Positions 49,334-64,000 are shown, counted from the first letter of the stretch. The stretch is DNA of 64,000 bases from Macrostomum lignano (GCA_002269645.1 NIVC01001288.1:5340-69339), one strand, 5' to 3'. Notes: generated by a model not told the origin, from the letters alone. Made by a program: numbers and translations.

Positions 49334-49725
49334 CCCTAGAGGACATTCTGTTTCTCAAACTTAGCAGATCTTGTCTCTGTGCCATTCTTAGCAGATCTTC
49401 TCAATCTGCTCGGTTCTTGCAGGATCTTCTAAGATGGGAGGTACATTTTTTGTTATTCATTTGGCTAAAGTGTTCTAGCTGAACTATATTTTATTTTATG
49501 ACAAAACGGGACAATAAATTTAAGAAAATATGCTATTCGAAGCTATAAAAGGATATAAAAGCTAAGATCTTGTACCATGTAGCAAGTCGCCCAGATCTGG
49601 TAAGTTTATCTAAGCATTATTATAGCAAAGATCTTGCACGTTCTTGAAAGTACTTGCGCAGCAACCCAAGAAGATGGACAAGATCTGCTAAGAATCAACA
49701 AGCCACAGCTAGATGTCTTCTAGGG
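49334..49725. mobile_element. Short non-autonomous CMC/EnSpm-like element
   Basis: TIRs CCCTAGAGGACAT / ATGTCTTCTAGGG, a 2-bp CA TSD and many internal AGATCT subterminal repeats. Confidence 0.75.
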
Positions 49726-49800
49726 CATTAGAAACCCACAGCCCAATTAGTCAGCTCTTTCTACTGGGATCTCTCTACTGAGCAAGTCATCGAGATAAGT

Positions 49801-51316
49801 TCAGGTGCAGCGCCATTGGATGGTGTAGAAGAAGAAGGCCTCCAGAGCAAACACCGTGCCGGCCGTAAGCAGCCACACGCTGTAGCCGCCATAGCTGTAG
49901 TGCCGTGAGTAAAGCCCCAGCGATATCAGCAGCGAAGCGGCTGCGGGTGGGTGGGGGATGAAGCTATTGCTTAGCTGCGTAGGCTGACTGATTGGTAGAG
50001 GGCAGGCTGAGTGATGGATAGAAGGCAGGCTGACTGATGGGTAGAGGGAAGGCTGAGGAGAGCAGGCTGACTGATGGGTAGAGGGAAAGCTGAGGAGGGC
50101 AGGCTGACTGATGGGTAGAGGGAAGGCTGAGGAGGGCAGGCTGACTGATGGGTAGAGGGCAGGCTGAGGAGGGCAGGCTGACTGATGGGTAGAGGTCAGG
50201 CTGAGGAGGGCAGGCTGACTGATGGGTAGAAGGCAGGCTGAGGAGGGCAGGCTGACTGATGGGTAGAGGGCAGGCTGAGGAGGGCAGGCTGACTGATGGG
50301 TAGAGGGCAGGCTGAGGAGGGCAGGCTGACTGATGGGTAGAGGGCAGGCTGACTGATGGGTAGAGGGAAGGCTGAGGAGGGCAGGCTGACTGATGGGTAG
50401 AGGGCAGGCTGACTGATGGGTAGAGGGCAGGCTGACTGATGGGTAGAGGGCAGGCTGAGGAGGGCAGGCTGACTGATGGGTAGAAGGCAGGCTGAGGAGG
50501 GCAGGCTGACTGATGGGTAGAGGGAAGGCTGAGGAGGGCAGGCTGACTGATGGGTAGAGGGCAGGCTGAGTGATGGAATGATTGACCTAGAGCAGGCTGA
50601 TATTGGGTTGAGGCTGAATAGTTGGCTACTAGCGGATGAAATAATACATGAGGCTAATGTTTTGCAGGCTACAAACGAGAAACAGTGAGCAGTGACGGGA
50701 GTGAGCAGTGACTAGAACAAATTTTGCAGGTCGGCCTCCAGCAAATTACTCTCACCTGACAGCAGGCAGCAGATGAAGCACAGAAGGTGCATGGCCCGGC
50801 TCAACTTAAAGGTGTTGGACGCCACCATGAGGATCTCCATGAGCAGGCTGAAGCCAAGCATGGCTACCCCAATTATAGCGAAGGCCTTGATAGTGTTGGC
50901 CCATGCTGAAAATTGAGCACACACAGGCTTTGGAAAATCTGTCTCCTAACTACGATACGAGTATCACAAACACCTAAGCAGATAACTAATCACTTATCAA
51001 GACCCTTCTCCATTCTTAAAAACAAGACATGCATGGCATAGTCCTGTCATTTCCTATACTATACTCTACCTGGCCTAAGACTGAGTTTTTTAAGCATAAA
51101 ATTTTCTTTGCATGCTAAGCTAGCAAAGGGCCGAGAAATTGTATAAACTGTGTCAGGGCCTCCCAAGAGTCCGAACTCACCCTCATTGGGCAGGTCAAAG
51201 AGCCCGCCAGAGCCAGACTGCCAGGCCCGGGTCGCACAGGAAGCGATGGAGCAGGCGATGCCGAAGCACAGCGTTATTATGGTGATCTGGTGAAAAGTTA
51301 TCCTGGGAGCCGCCAT
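49801..51316 (-). CDS. Small four-TM PMP22/claudin-superfamily-like protein, 141 aa
   Basis: Exons 51316-51181, 50905-50756, 49940-49801 (426 nt, phases 1/1). Four hydrophobic helices, W..GLF after TM1 and YGGYSVWL before TM4. Confidence 0.8.
49985..50580. repeat. Compound 23+14-bp minisatellite in intron 2 of the claudin-like gene
   Basis: Modules GGCAGGCTGACTGATGGGTAGAG and GG(C/A)AGGCTGAGGAG alternate. Confidence 0.95.
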
Positions 51317-51527
51317 GTCAGTTCCAGATCCGAGTCTGACTTTGTTCTGCAAAGGCAAATTAACTTTTGTTCTAAATTATTAGATAAAGTTGAAGTTAAG
51401 TGTCGCGGTGTCAGTGCAAGCACGCGGGCAGTAAAAAATGAAACAAGTACAATGCGAATGCAGGAGAGGCCCACGTGGCTCCATGCGTACATTGTAGACA
51501 GTACAAGTTTGCAGTTTAGGTTGTAAA

Positions 51528-52620
51528 CTAGCAATCAGCGCCCCCCCCGTTGGGGAGCCAAAAAAATGCAGTAAAAGTTTTTTTTAATAAACTACATGTA
51601 AGCGTCTCTTTGCATTATACCTTGTAAGCCTTGACATGTCAGAAAATCCCCCCACAAGCCTTAGCATATCAACCCCCTTGACATCTTAGCAATGCCCCAT
51701 AAGCCTTGCAATCTTAAAAAATTTGTCAACCTTCTAACCCTAACCCTAGCCTAACCCTAAAGCATTGACATTTCAGTAATTCTCTCCAACAGTCATTATA
51801 GCACTACAGCATTATAGCGATTCCCTGCAAGCCTCGACATCGTAGGGATTCCCAAATGAATCTCTTAACTTCGACATGAAGCTTCTTTTATTTTTTACAT
51901 TACGCTTTTTCTATCAGCGATCCCTCCCGTGAGGAGCCAACAAATAATGAAAAAAAGTTTTCAATAGAATACATGTAGCTTCTGACTTTAGCCTTGACAT
52001 CTCATTTATTCCCCCATGAGCCTTGACATCTCAGCTATTCCCCCTGTGAGCCTTGACATGTCAGCATTCAGCAATGCCCCCCCATAAACCTTGATATCTG
52101 AAAAATCCCATGTTAACCTTGAAACCCGCTAAAATCTAACCCTCAACCCAAACCTGACCTAAACCTAACTTTAACCCAACCTATAAAAGCCTTGAAATCT
52201 CAGCAATTCTCCCCTAAGCCTTGACAATTTAGTGATTCTTTCTTCAAGAATGACAGCACTATAGCAATTCCCTCCAAGCCTTGACATTGTAGCAATTCCC
52301 AAATGAATCTTTTAACTTCGACATGACTCTTCTTTTATGTATACATAGTGCTTCTTTTCTTTTTTACATGACTCTTCTTCTATCAGCGCCCCCCCGTGGC
52401 GAGCCAACAAAGAATGTAATAAAAAAATTGAGTAAAGTACATGTACTTTGAAGTAGCTTCTGACTTTGCTTTGACATCTCAGAAACCCCCCCCCCCGTAA
52501 TCTCAGTTATTCTCCGTGAGCCTTGACATCTCAGTAAGTCTCCCCAGCACAGCACAAAAGCCTCATTAAATTTTTACATGACACTTCTTTCATGTCTGAC
52601 ATTTTTTATTGTCACTTGAT
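51528..52620 (-). mobile_element. Helitron-like 3' end with ~2.5 tandem copies of a 380-470 bp terminal unit
   Basis: Minus strand reads TTGGCTCCCCAACGGGGGGGGCGCTGATTG-CTAG-T (CTAG at 51528-51531), similar to the 7325-7364 terminus. The hairpin motif recurs at ~51915 and ~52385. Confidence 0.6.
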
Positions 52621-52624
52621 TTTT

Positions 52625-55600
52625 GATGTCAATATGATTTTTTTACATGACGCTTCTATGATTTTTACATGACGCTTCTATGATTTTTTACATGACGCTT
52701 CTATGACTTTTTCATGGCGCTTCTATGATTTTTTACATGGCACTTCTATGATTTTTTACATGACGCTTCTATGATTGTTTACATTACGCTTCTATGATTT
52801 TTAAATGACGCTTCTATGATTGTTTACATGACGCTTCTACGATTTTTTACATGACGCTTCTATGATTGTTTACATGACGCTTCTATGATTTTTTACATGA
52901 CGCTTCTTTGATTGTTTACATGACGCTTCTTTGATTCTCTACATGACGCTTCTATGATTTTTTACATAACGCTTCTATGATTGTTTACATGACGCTTCTT
53001 TGATTGTTTACATGACGCTTCTATGATTTTTTACATGACGCTTCTATGATTGTTTACATGACGCTTCTATGATTTTTTACATGACGCTTCTTTGATTGTT
53101 TACATGACGCTTCTATGATTTTTTACATGACGCTTCTATGATTGTTTACATGACGCTTTCATGATTGTTTACATGACGCTTTCATGATTTTTTACATGAC
53201 GCTTCTATGATTTTTTACATGACGCTTCTATGGTTCTCTACATGACGCTTCTATGATTTTTTACATGACGCTTCTATGATTTTTTACATGACGCTTCTAT
53301 GATTCTCTACATGACGCTTCTATGATTGTTTACATGACGCTTCTATGATTTTTTACATGACGCTTCTTTGATTGTTTACATGACGCTTCTTTGATTCTCT
53401 ACATGACGCTTCTATGATTTTTTACATGACGCTTCTATGATTGTTTACATGACGCTTCTTTGATTGTTTACATGACGCTTCTATGATTTTTTACATGACG
53501 CTTCTATGATTTTTTACATGACGCTTCTATGATTGTTTACATGACGCTTCTATGATTTTTTACATGACGCTTCTATGATTTTTTCATGACGCTTCTATGA
53601 TTTCTCAAATGACACTTCCATTAGTTTTTATACAAGGCTTCTATGATTTTTTACATGACGCTTCTATGATTTTTTACATGACGCTTCTTTGATTGTTTAC
53701 ATGACGCTTCTATGATTGTTTACATGACGCTTCTATGATTTTTTACATGACGCTTCTATGATTTTTTACATGACGCTTCTATAATTTTTTACATGACGCT
53801 TCTATGTTTGTTTACATGACGCTTCTTTGATTCTCTACATGACGCTTCTATGATTGTTTACATTACGCTTCTTTGATTGTTTACATGACGCTTCTATGAT
53901 TGTTTACATGACGCTTCTATGATTTTTTACATGACGCTTCTTTGACGCTCTACATGACGCTTCTATGATTGTTTAAATGACGCTTTCATGATTGTTTACA
54001 TGACGCTTTCATGATTTTTTACGTGACGCTTCTATGATTTTTTACATGACGCTTTCATGATTGTTTACATGACGCTTTCATGATTTTTTACATGACGCTT
54101 CTATGATTTTTTACATGACGCTTCTATGGTTCTCTACATGACGCTTCTATGATTTTTTACATGACGCTTCTATGATTGTTTACATGACGCTTCTTTGATT
54201 GTTTACATGACGCTTCTATGATTTTTTACATGACGCTTCTATGATTTTTTACATGACGCTTCTATGATTGTTTACATGACGCTTCTATGATTTTTTACAT
54301 GACGCTTCTTTGATTGTTTACATGACGCTTCTATGATTTTTTACATGACGCTTCTATGATTGTTTACATGACGCTTCTATGATTTTTTCATGACGCTTCT
54401 ATGATTTTTTAAATGACGCTTCTATGATTTTTTACATGACGCTTCTATGATTTTTTACATGACGCTTTCATGATTGTTTACATGACGCTTTCATGATTTT
54501 TTACATGACGCTTCTATGATTTTTTACATGACGCTTCTTTGATTGTTTACATGACGCTTCTATAATTTTTTACATGACGCTTCTATGTTTGTTTACATGA
54601 CGCTTCTTTGATTCTCTACATGACGCTTCTATGATTTTTTACATGACGCTTCTATTATTGTTTACATGACGCTTCTATGATTTTTTACATGACGCTTCTA
54701 TGGTTTTACATGACGCTTCTATGATTTTTTACATGACGCTTCTATGACTTTTTACATGACGCTTCTATGATTCTCTACATGACGCTTCTATGATTGTTTA
54801 CATGACGCTTCTATGATTTTTTACATGACGCTTCTTTGATTGTTTACATGACGCTTCTTTGATTTTACATGACGCTTCTATGATTTTTTACATGACGCTT
54901 TCATGATTGTTTACATGACGCTTCTTTGATTGTTTACATGACGCTTCTATGATTTTTTACATGACGCTTCTATGATTTTTTACATGACGCTTCTATGATT
55001 GTTTACATGACGCTTCTATGATTTTTTACATGACGCTTCTTTGATTGTTTACATGACGCTTCTATGATTTTTTACATGACGCTTCTATGATTGTTTACAC
55101 GACGCTTCTATGATTTTTTACATGACGCTTCTACGATTTTTTACATGACGCTTTCATGATTGTTTACATGACGCTTCTTTGATTTTTTACATGACGCTTC
55201 TACGATTTTTTACATGACGCTTTCATGATTGTTTACATGACGCTTCTTTGATTGTTTACATGACGCTTCTTTTATTCTTCATGACGCTTCTATGATTTCT
55301 CAAATGACACTTCCATTACTTTTTATATAAGGCTTCTATGATTTTTTACATGACGCTTCTATGATTTTTTACATGACGCTTCTTTGATTGTTTACATGAC
55401 GCTTCTATGATTTTTTACATGACGCTTCTATGATTTTACATGACGCTTCTATGATTTTTACATGACGCTTCTATGATTTTTACATGACGCTTCTATGATT
55501 TTTACATGACGCTTCTTGATTTTACATGACGCTTCTATGATTTTTTACATGACGCTTCTATGATTGTTTACATGACGCTTCTTGATTGTTTACATGACGC

Positions 55601-58600
55601 TTCTATGATTTTTTACATGACGCTTCTATGATTTTCTACATGACGCTTCTATGATTGTTTACATGACGCTTCTATGATTTTTACATGACGCTTCTATGAT
55701 TTTTTACATGACGCTTCTATGATTTTCATGACGCTTCATTATTTTTACATGACGCTTCTATGATTTTTTACATGACGCTTCTATGATTTTTACATGACGC
55801 TTCTTGATTGTTTACATGACGCTTCTATGATTGTTTACATGACGCTTCTATGATTTTTTACATGACGCTTCTATGATTTTTTACATGACGCTTCTATGAT
55901 TTTTTACATGACGCTTCTATGTTTTTTACATGACGCTTCTTGATTTTACATGACGCTTCTATGATTGTTTACATGACGCTTCTTGATTGTTTACATGACG
56001 CTTCTATGATTTTTACATGACGCTTCTATGATTTTTACATGACGCTTCTTACATGACGCTTCTACATGACGCTTCTATGATTGTTTAATGACGCTTCATG
56101 ATTGTTTACATGACGCTTCATGATTTTTACATGACGCTTCTATGATTTTTACATGACGCTTCTATGATTGTTTACATGACGCTTCATGATTTTTTACATG
56201 ACGCTTCTATGATTTTTTACATGACGCTTCTATGTTTTACATGACGCTTCTATGATTTTTACATGACGCTTCTATGATTTTTACATGACGCTTCTTGATT
56301 GTTTACATGACGCTTCTATGATTTTTACATGACGCTTCTATGATTTTTTACATGACGCTTCTATGATTTTTACATGACGCTTCTATGATTTTTTACATGA
56401 CGCTTCTTTGATTGTTTACATGACGCTTCTATGATTTTTTACATGACGCTTCTATGATTGTTTACACGACGCTTCTATGATTTTTTACATGACGCTTCTA
56501 TGATTTTTTAATGACGCTTCTATGATTTTTTACATGACGCTTCTATGATTTTTTACATGACGCTTTCATGATTGTTTACATGACGCTTTCATGATTTTTT
56601 ACATGACGCTTCTATGATTGTTTACATGACGCTTCTTTGATTGTTTACATGACGCTTCTATGATTTTTTACATGACGCTTCTATGTTTGTTTACATGACG
56701 CTTCTTGATTTTACATGACGCTTCTATGATTTTTTACATGACGCTTCTATTGATTGTTTACATGACGCTTCTATGATTTTTTACATGACGCTTCTATGTT
56801 TTACATGACGCTTCTATGATTTTTTACATGACGCTTCTATGATTTTTACATGACGCTTCTATGATTTTACATGACGCTTCTATGATTGTTTACATGACGC
56901 TTCTATGATTTTTTACATGACGCTTCTTGATTTTTACATGACGCTTCTTTGATTTTACATGACGCTTCTATGATTTTTTACATGACGCTTCTATGATTGT
57001 TTACATGACGCTTCTTGATTGTTTACATGACGCTTCTATGATTTTTACATGACGCTTCTATGATTTTTACATGACGCTTCTATGATTGTTTACATGACGC
57101 TTCTATGATTTTTTACATGACGCTTCTTGATTGTTTACATGACGCTTCTATGATTTTTTACATGACGCTTCTATGATTGTTTACATGACGCTTCTATGAT
57201 TTTTTACATGACGCTTCTACGATTTTTTACATGACGCTTTCATGATTGTTTACATGACGCTTCTTTGATTTTTTACATGACGCTTCTACGATTTTTTACA
57301 TGACGCTTTCATGATTGTTTACATGACGCTTCTTTGATTGTTTACATGACGCTTCTTTTATTCTTCATGACGCTTCTATGATTTTCAAATGACACTTCAT
57401 TAGTTTTTATATACGCTTCTATGATTTTTTACATGACGCTTCTATGATTTTTTACATGACGCTTCTTGATTGTTTACATGACGCTTCTATGATTTTTTAC
57501 ATGACGCTTCTATGATTTTTTAATGACGCTTCTATGATTTTTACATGACGCTTCTATGATTTTTTACATGACGCTTCTTGATTGTTTACATGACGCTTCT
57601 ATGATTTTTTACATGACGCTTCTATGATTGTTTACATGACGCTTCTATGATTTTTACATGACGCTTCTATGATTTTTTACATGACGCTTCTTTGATTGTT
57701 TACATGACGCTTCTATGATTTTTTACATGACGCTTTCATGATTGTTTACATGACGCTTTCATGATTTTTTACATGACGCTTCTATGATTTTTTACATGAC
57801 GCTTCTTGATTTTTACATGACGCTTCTATGATTTTTTACATGACGCTTCTATGTTTTTTACATGACGCTTCTATGATTTTTACATGACGCTTCTATGATT
57901 TTTACATGACGCTTCTATTATTGTTTACATGACGCTTCTATGATTTTTTACATGACGCTTCTATGATTGTTTACATGACGCTTCTATGATTTTTTACATG
58001 ACGCTTCTATGATTTTTACATGACGCTTCTATGATTTTTACATGACGCTTCTATGATTTTTACATGACGCTTCTATGATTTTTTACATGACGCTTCTTGA
58101 TTTTTACATGACGCTTCTTTGATTTTTACATGACGCTTCTATGATTTTTTACATGACGCTTCTATGATTGTTTACATGACGCTTCTTGATTTTTACATGA
58201 CGCTTCTATGATTTTTTACATGACGCTTCTATGATTTTTTACATGACGCTTCTATGATTGTTTACATGACGCTTCTATGATTTTTACATGACGCTTCTTG
58301 ATTGTTTACATGACGCTTCTATGATTTTTTACATGACGCTTCTATGATTTTTACATGACGCTTCTATGATTTTTTACATGACGCTTCTATGATTTTTTAC
58401 ATGACGCTTTATGATTGTTTACATGACGCTTCTTTGATTTTTTACATGACGCTTCTACGATTTTTTACATGACGCTTTATGATTTTTACATGACGCTTCT
58501 TTGATTGTTTACATGACGCTTCTTTTATTTTCATGACGCTTCTATGATTTTCAAATGACGCTTCATTATTTTTATAGCTTCTATGATTTTTTACATGACG

Positions 58601-61600
58601 CTTCTATGATTTTTTACATGACGCTTCTATGATTTTTACATGACGCTTCTTTTATTTTCATGACGCTTCTATGATTTTCATGACTTCATTTTTATATGAC
58701 GCTTCTATGATTTTTACATGACGCTTCTATGATTTTTACATGACGCTTCTATGATTTTTACATGACGCTTCTATGATTTTTACATGACGCTTCTATGATT
58801 GTTTACATGACGCTTCTTTGATTTTTACATGACGCTTCTATGATTGTTTACATGACGCTTCTATGATTTTTTACATGACGCTTCTATGATTTTTTACATG
58901 ACGCTTCTATGATTTTTTACATGACGCTTCTATGTTGTTTACATGACGCTTCTTGATTTTTACATGACGCTTCTATGATTGTTTACATGACGCTTCTATG
59001 ATTTTTACATGACGCTTCTATGATTGTTTACATGACGCTTCTATGATTTTTACATGACGCTTCTTGATTGTTTACATGACGCTTCTATGATTTTTACATG
59101 ACGCTTCTATGATTTTTTACATGACGCTTCTATTTTTTACATGACGCTTCTATGATTTTTTACATGACGCTTCTATGATTTTTTACATGACGCTTCTATG
59201 ATTTTTTACATGACGCTTCTATGATTGTTTACATGACGCTTCTATGATTTTTTACATGACGCTTCTATGATTTTTACATGACGCTTCTATGATTTTTTAC
59301 ATGACGCTTCTATGATTTTTACATGACGCTTCTATGATTTTTTACATGACGCTTCTATGATTTTTACATGACGCTTCTATGATTTTTTACATGACGCTTC
59401 TATGATTGTTTACATGACGCTTTATGATTTTTTACATGACGCTTCTATGATTGTTTACATGACGCTTTCTATGATTGTTTACATGACGCTTCATGATTTT
59501 TTACATGACGCTTCTATGATTTTTTACATGACGCTTCTATGTTTTACATGACGCTTCTATGATTTTTACATGACGCTTCTATGATTTTTTACATGACGCT
59601 TCTATGATTTTTACATGACGCTTCTATGATTTTTACATGACGCTTCTATGATTTTTACATGACGCTTCTATGATTTTTACATGACGCTTCTTTGATTTTT
59701 ACATGACGCTTCTTTGATTTTTACATGACGCTTCTATGATTTTACATGACGCTTCTATGATTTTTACATGACGCTTCTATGATTGTTTACATGACGCTTC
59801 TATGATTTTTTACATGACGCTTCTATGATTTTTACATGACGCTTCTATGATTTTTACATGACGCTTCTATGATTTTTACATGACGCTTCTATGATTTTTT
59901 ACATGACGCTTCTATGATTTTTCATGACGCTTCTATGATTTTTTACATGACGCTTCTATGATTTTTACATGACGCTTCTATGATTTTTTACATGACGCTT
60001 CTATGATTTTTTACATGACGCTTCTATGATTTTTTACATGACGCTTCTATGATTTTTACATGACGCTTCTATGATTTTTACATGACGCTTCTATTTTTTA
60101 CATGACGCTTCTATGATTTTTTACATGACGCTTCTATGATTTTTACATGACGCTTCTATGATTTTTACATGACGCTTCTATGATTTTTACATGACGCTTC
60201 TATGATTTTTACATGACGCTTCTATGATTGTTTACATGACGCTTCTATGATTTTTACATGACGCTTCTATGATTTTTTACATGACGCTTCTATGATTTTT
60301 ACATGACGCTTCTATGATTTTTTACATGACGCTTCTATGATTTTTTACATGACGCTTCTATGATTTTTTACATGACGCTTTATGATTTTTACATGACGCT
60401 TTATGATTTTTTACATGACGCTTCTATGATTTTTACATGACGCTTCTATGTTTTACATGACGCTTCTATGATTTTTTACATGACGCTTCTATGATTTTTT
60501 ACATGACGCTTCTATGATTTTTACATGACGCTTCTATGATTTTTTACATGACGCTTCTATGATTTTTACATGACGCTTCTATGATTTTTACATGACGCTT
60601 CTATGATTTTTACATGACGCTTCTATGATTTTTACATGACGCTTCTATGATTTTTTACATGACGCTTCTATGATTTTTTACATGACGCTTCTATGTTTTA
60701 CATGACGCTTCTATGATTTTTTACATGACGCTTCTATGATTTTTTACATGACGCTTCTATGATTTTTACATGACGCTTCTATGATTTTTACATGACGCTT
60801 CTATGATTTTTTACATGACGCTTCTTTGATTGTTTACATGACGCTTCTTTGATTTTTTACATGACGCTTCTATGATTTTTTACATGACGCTTCTATGATT
60901 GTTTACATGACGCTTCTATGATTGTTTACATGACGCTTCTATGATTTTTTACATGACGCTTCTATGATTTTTTACATGACGCTTCTATGATTTTTACATG
61001 ACGCTTCTATGATTTTTTACATGACGCTTCTATGATTTTTACATGACGCTTCTATGATTTTCATGACGCTTCATTTTTTATGACGCTTCTATGATTTTTA
61101 CATGACGCTTCTATGATTTTTTACATGACGCTTCTATGATTTTTTACATGACGCTTCTATGATTGTTTACATGACGCTTCTATGATTTTTTACATGACGC
61201 TTCTATGATTTTTTACATGACGCTTCTATGATTTTTTACATGACGCTTCTATGTTTTTACATGACGCTTCTTGATTTTTACATGACGCTTCTATGATTTT
61301 TACATGACGCTTCTTGATTTTTACATGACGCTTCTATGATTTTTACATGACGCTTCTATGATTTTTTACATGACGCTTCTATGATTGTTTACATGACGCT
61401 TCTATGATTTTTTACATGACGCTTCTATGATTTTTTACATGACGCTTCTATGATTTTTTACATGACGCTTCTATGATTTTTACATGACGCTTCTTTGATT
61501 TTTTACATGACGCTTCTATGATTTTTTACATGACGCTTCTATGATTGTTTACATGACGCTTTATGATTTTTTACATGACGCTTCTATGATTTTTACATGA

Positions 61601-64000
61601 CGCTTCTATGATTTTTACATGACGCTTCTATGATTGTTTACATGACGCTTCTATGATTTTTTACATGACGCTTCTATGATTTTTTACATGACGCTTCTAT
61701 GATTTTTTACATGACGCTTCTATGATTTTTTACATGACGCTTCTTGATTTTTACATGACGCTTCTATGATTTTTTACATGACGCTTCTATGATTTTTTAC
61801 ATGACGCTTCTATGATTTTTTACATGACGCTTCTATGATTTTTTACATGACGCTTCTATGATTTTTTACATGACGCTTCTATGATTTTTTACATGACGCT
61901 TCTATGATTTTTACATGACGCTTCTATGATTTTTTACATGACGCTTCTATGATTTTTTACATGACGCTTCTTATGATTTTTACATGACGCTTCTATGATT
62001 TTTTACATGACGCTTCTGATTTGTTTACATGACGCTTCTTTGATTTTACATGACGCTTCTATGATTTTTTACATGACGCTTCTATGATTTTACATGACGC
62101 TTCTATGATTTTTTACATGACGCTTCTATGATTTTTACATGACGCTTCTATGATTTTTTACATGACGCTTCTATGATTTTTACATGACGCTTCTATGATT
62201 TTTACATGACGCTTCTATGATTTTTACATGACGCTTCTATGATTTTTTACATGACGCTTCTTTGATTGTTTACATGACGCTTCTTGATTTTTACATGACG
62301 CTTCTATGATTTTTTACATGACGCTTCTATGATTGTTTACATGACGCTTCTTTGATTGTTTACATGACGCTTCTATGATTTTTACATGACGCTTCTATGA
62401 TTTTTTACATGACGCTTCTATGATTGTTACATGACGCTTCTATGATTTTTTACATGACGCTTCTTTGATTGTTTACATGACGCTTCTATGATTTTTACAT
62501 GACGCTTCTATGATTGTTTACATGACGCTTCTATGATTTTTTACATGACGCTTCTACGATTTTTTACATGACGCTTCATGATTTTTACATGACGCTTCTA
62601 TGATTTTTTACATGACGCTTCTATGATTTTTACATGACGCTTCTATGATTGTTTACATGACGCTTCTTTGATTGTTTACATGACGCTTCTTTTATTCTTC
62701 ATGACGCTTCTATGATTTTCATGACACTTCTATGATTTTTATATGACGCTTCTATGATTTTTTACATGACGCTTCTATGATTTTTTACATGACGCTTCTA
62801 TGATTGTTTACATGACGCTTCTTTTATTTTCATGACGCTTCTATGATTTGACATGACCTATTACTTTTTAATATACGCTTCTATGATTTTTTACATGACG
62901 CTTCTATGATTTTTTACATGACGCTTCTATGATTTTTTACATGACGCTTCTATGATTGTTTTACATGACGCTTCTATGTTTGTTTACATGACGCTTCTAT
63001 GATTGTTTACATGACGCTTCTATGATTGTTTACATGACGCTTCTATGATTTTTACATGACGCTTCTATGATTTTTTACATGACGCTTCTTTATGATTTTT
63101 TACATGACGCTTTATGATTGTTTACATGACGCTTCTTGATTCTTTACATGACGCTTCTATGATTTTTTACATTACGCTCTTGATTGTTTACATGACGCTT
63201 CTATGATTTTTTCATGACGCTTCTATGATTGTTTACATGACGCTTTCATGATTGTTTACATGACGCTTTCATGATTTTTTACATGACGCTTCTATGATTT
63301 TTTACATGACGCTTTCATGATTGTTTACATGACGCTTTCATGATTTTTTACATGACCTTCTATGATTTTTACATGACGCTTCTATGATTTTTTACATGAC
63401 GCTTCTATGATTGTTACATGACGCTCTATGATTTTTACATGACGCTTCTATGATTTTTTACATGACGCTTCTATGATTTTTACATGACGCTTCTATGATT
63501 TTTTACATGACGCTTCTTTGATTGTTTACATGACGCTTCTATGATTTTTTACATGACGCTTCTATGATTTTTTACATGACTTCTATGATTTTTTCATGAC
63601 GCTTTCTATGATTTTTTAATGACGCTTCTATGATTTTTACATGACGCTTCTATGATTTTTACATGACGCTCTTTCATGATTGTTTACATGACGCTTTCAT
63701 GATTTTTACATGACGCTTCTATGATTTTTTACATGACGCTTCTTGATTGTTTTACATGACGCTTCTATAATTTTTACATGACGCTTCTATGTTTTTTTAC
63801 ATGACGCTTCTATGATTCTTTACATGACGCTTCTATGATTTTTACATGACGCTTTCTATGATTTTTACATGACGCTTCTTATGATTTTTTTACATGACGC
63901 TTCTATGATTTTTTACATGACGGCTTCTATGATTTTTTACATGACGCTTCTATGATTTTTTACATGACGCTTCTATGATTTTTTACATGACGCTTCTATG
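52625..64000. repeat. 23-bp satellite (TTTTTTACATGACGCTTCTATGA)n, ~500 units, running off the window
   Basis: Continuous array with variants (TTGTTT, TTCTCT, CTTCTTTG) and periodic marker units. Confidence 0.99.

Noticed and set aside
51734-52183. Interstitial telomere-like CCTAACC tracts as a chromosome fusion scar
   Set aside because: Short, degenerate, single orientation and part of the repeated Helitron terminal unit.

Overview
Left end of a metazoan chromosome; AT-rich introns, GC-rich exons and TTAGGG telomeres suggest an invertebrate, possibly a flatworm (inference). A (CCCTAA)n telomere (1-2790) is followed by only ~1.4 kb before the last coding exon of a gene. Five genes can be assembled by hand: ERICH6/FAM194-like (minus, 14 exons), an ADAR1-type editase (plus; degenerate winged helix, canonical Z-alpha, two dsRBDs, intact deaminase), HOATZ (minus), a PAQR7/8-type receptor (plus) and a small claudin/PMP22-like protein (minus). 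Between them lie Penelope-like fragments carrying three hammerhead ribozyme motifs, Helitrons carrying minisatellites, CMC/EnSpm-like elements, tRNA-derived SINEs, LINE relics and an 11.4-kb 23-bp satellite. The most unusual observation is that two unrelated genes each have one 3' splice site tandemly amplified (13 copies in ADAR, ~110 in ERICH6). Each unit can also be read as a frame-neutral micro-exon plus a short GT-AG intron. All exon models come from reading frame and splice-site phase only; no expression data were available.
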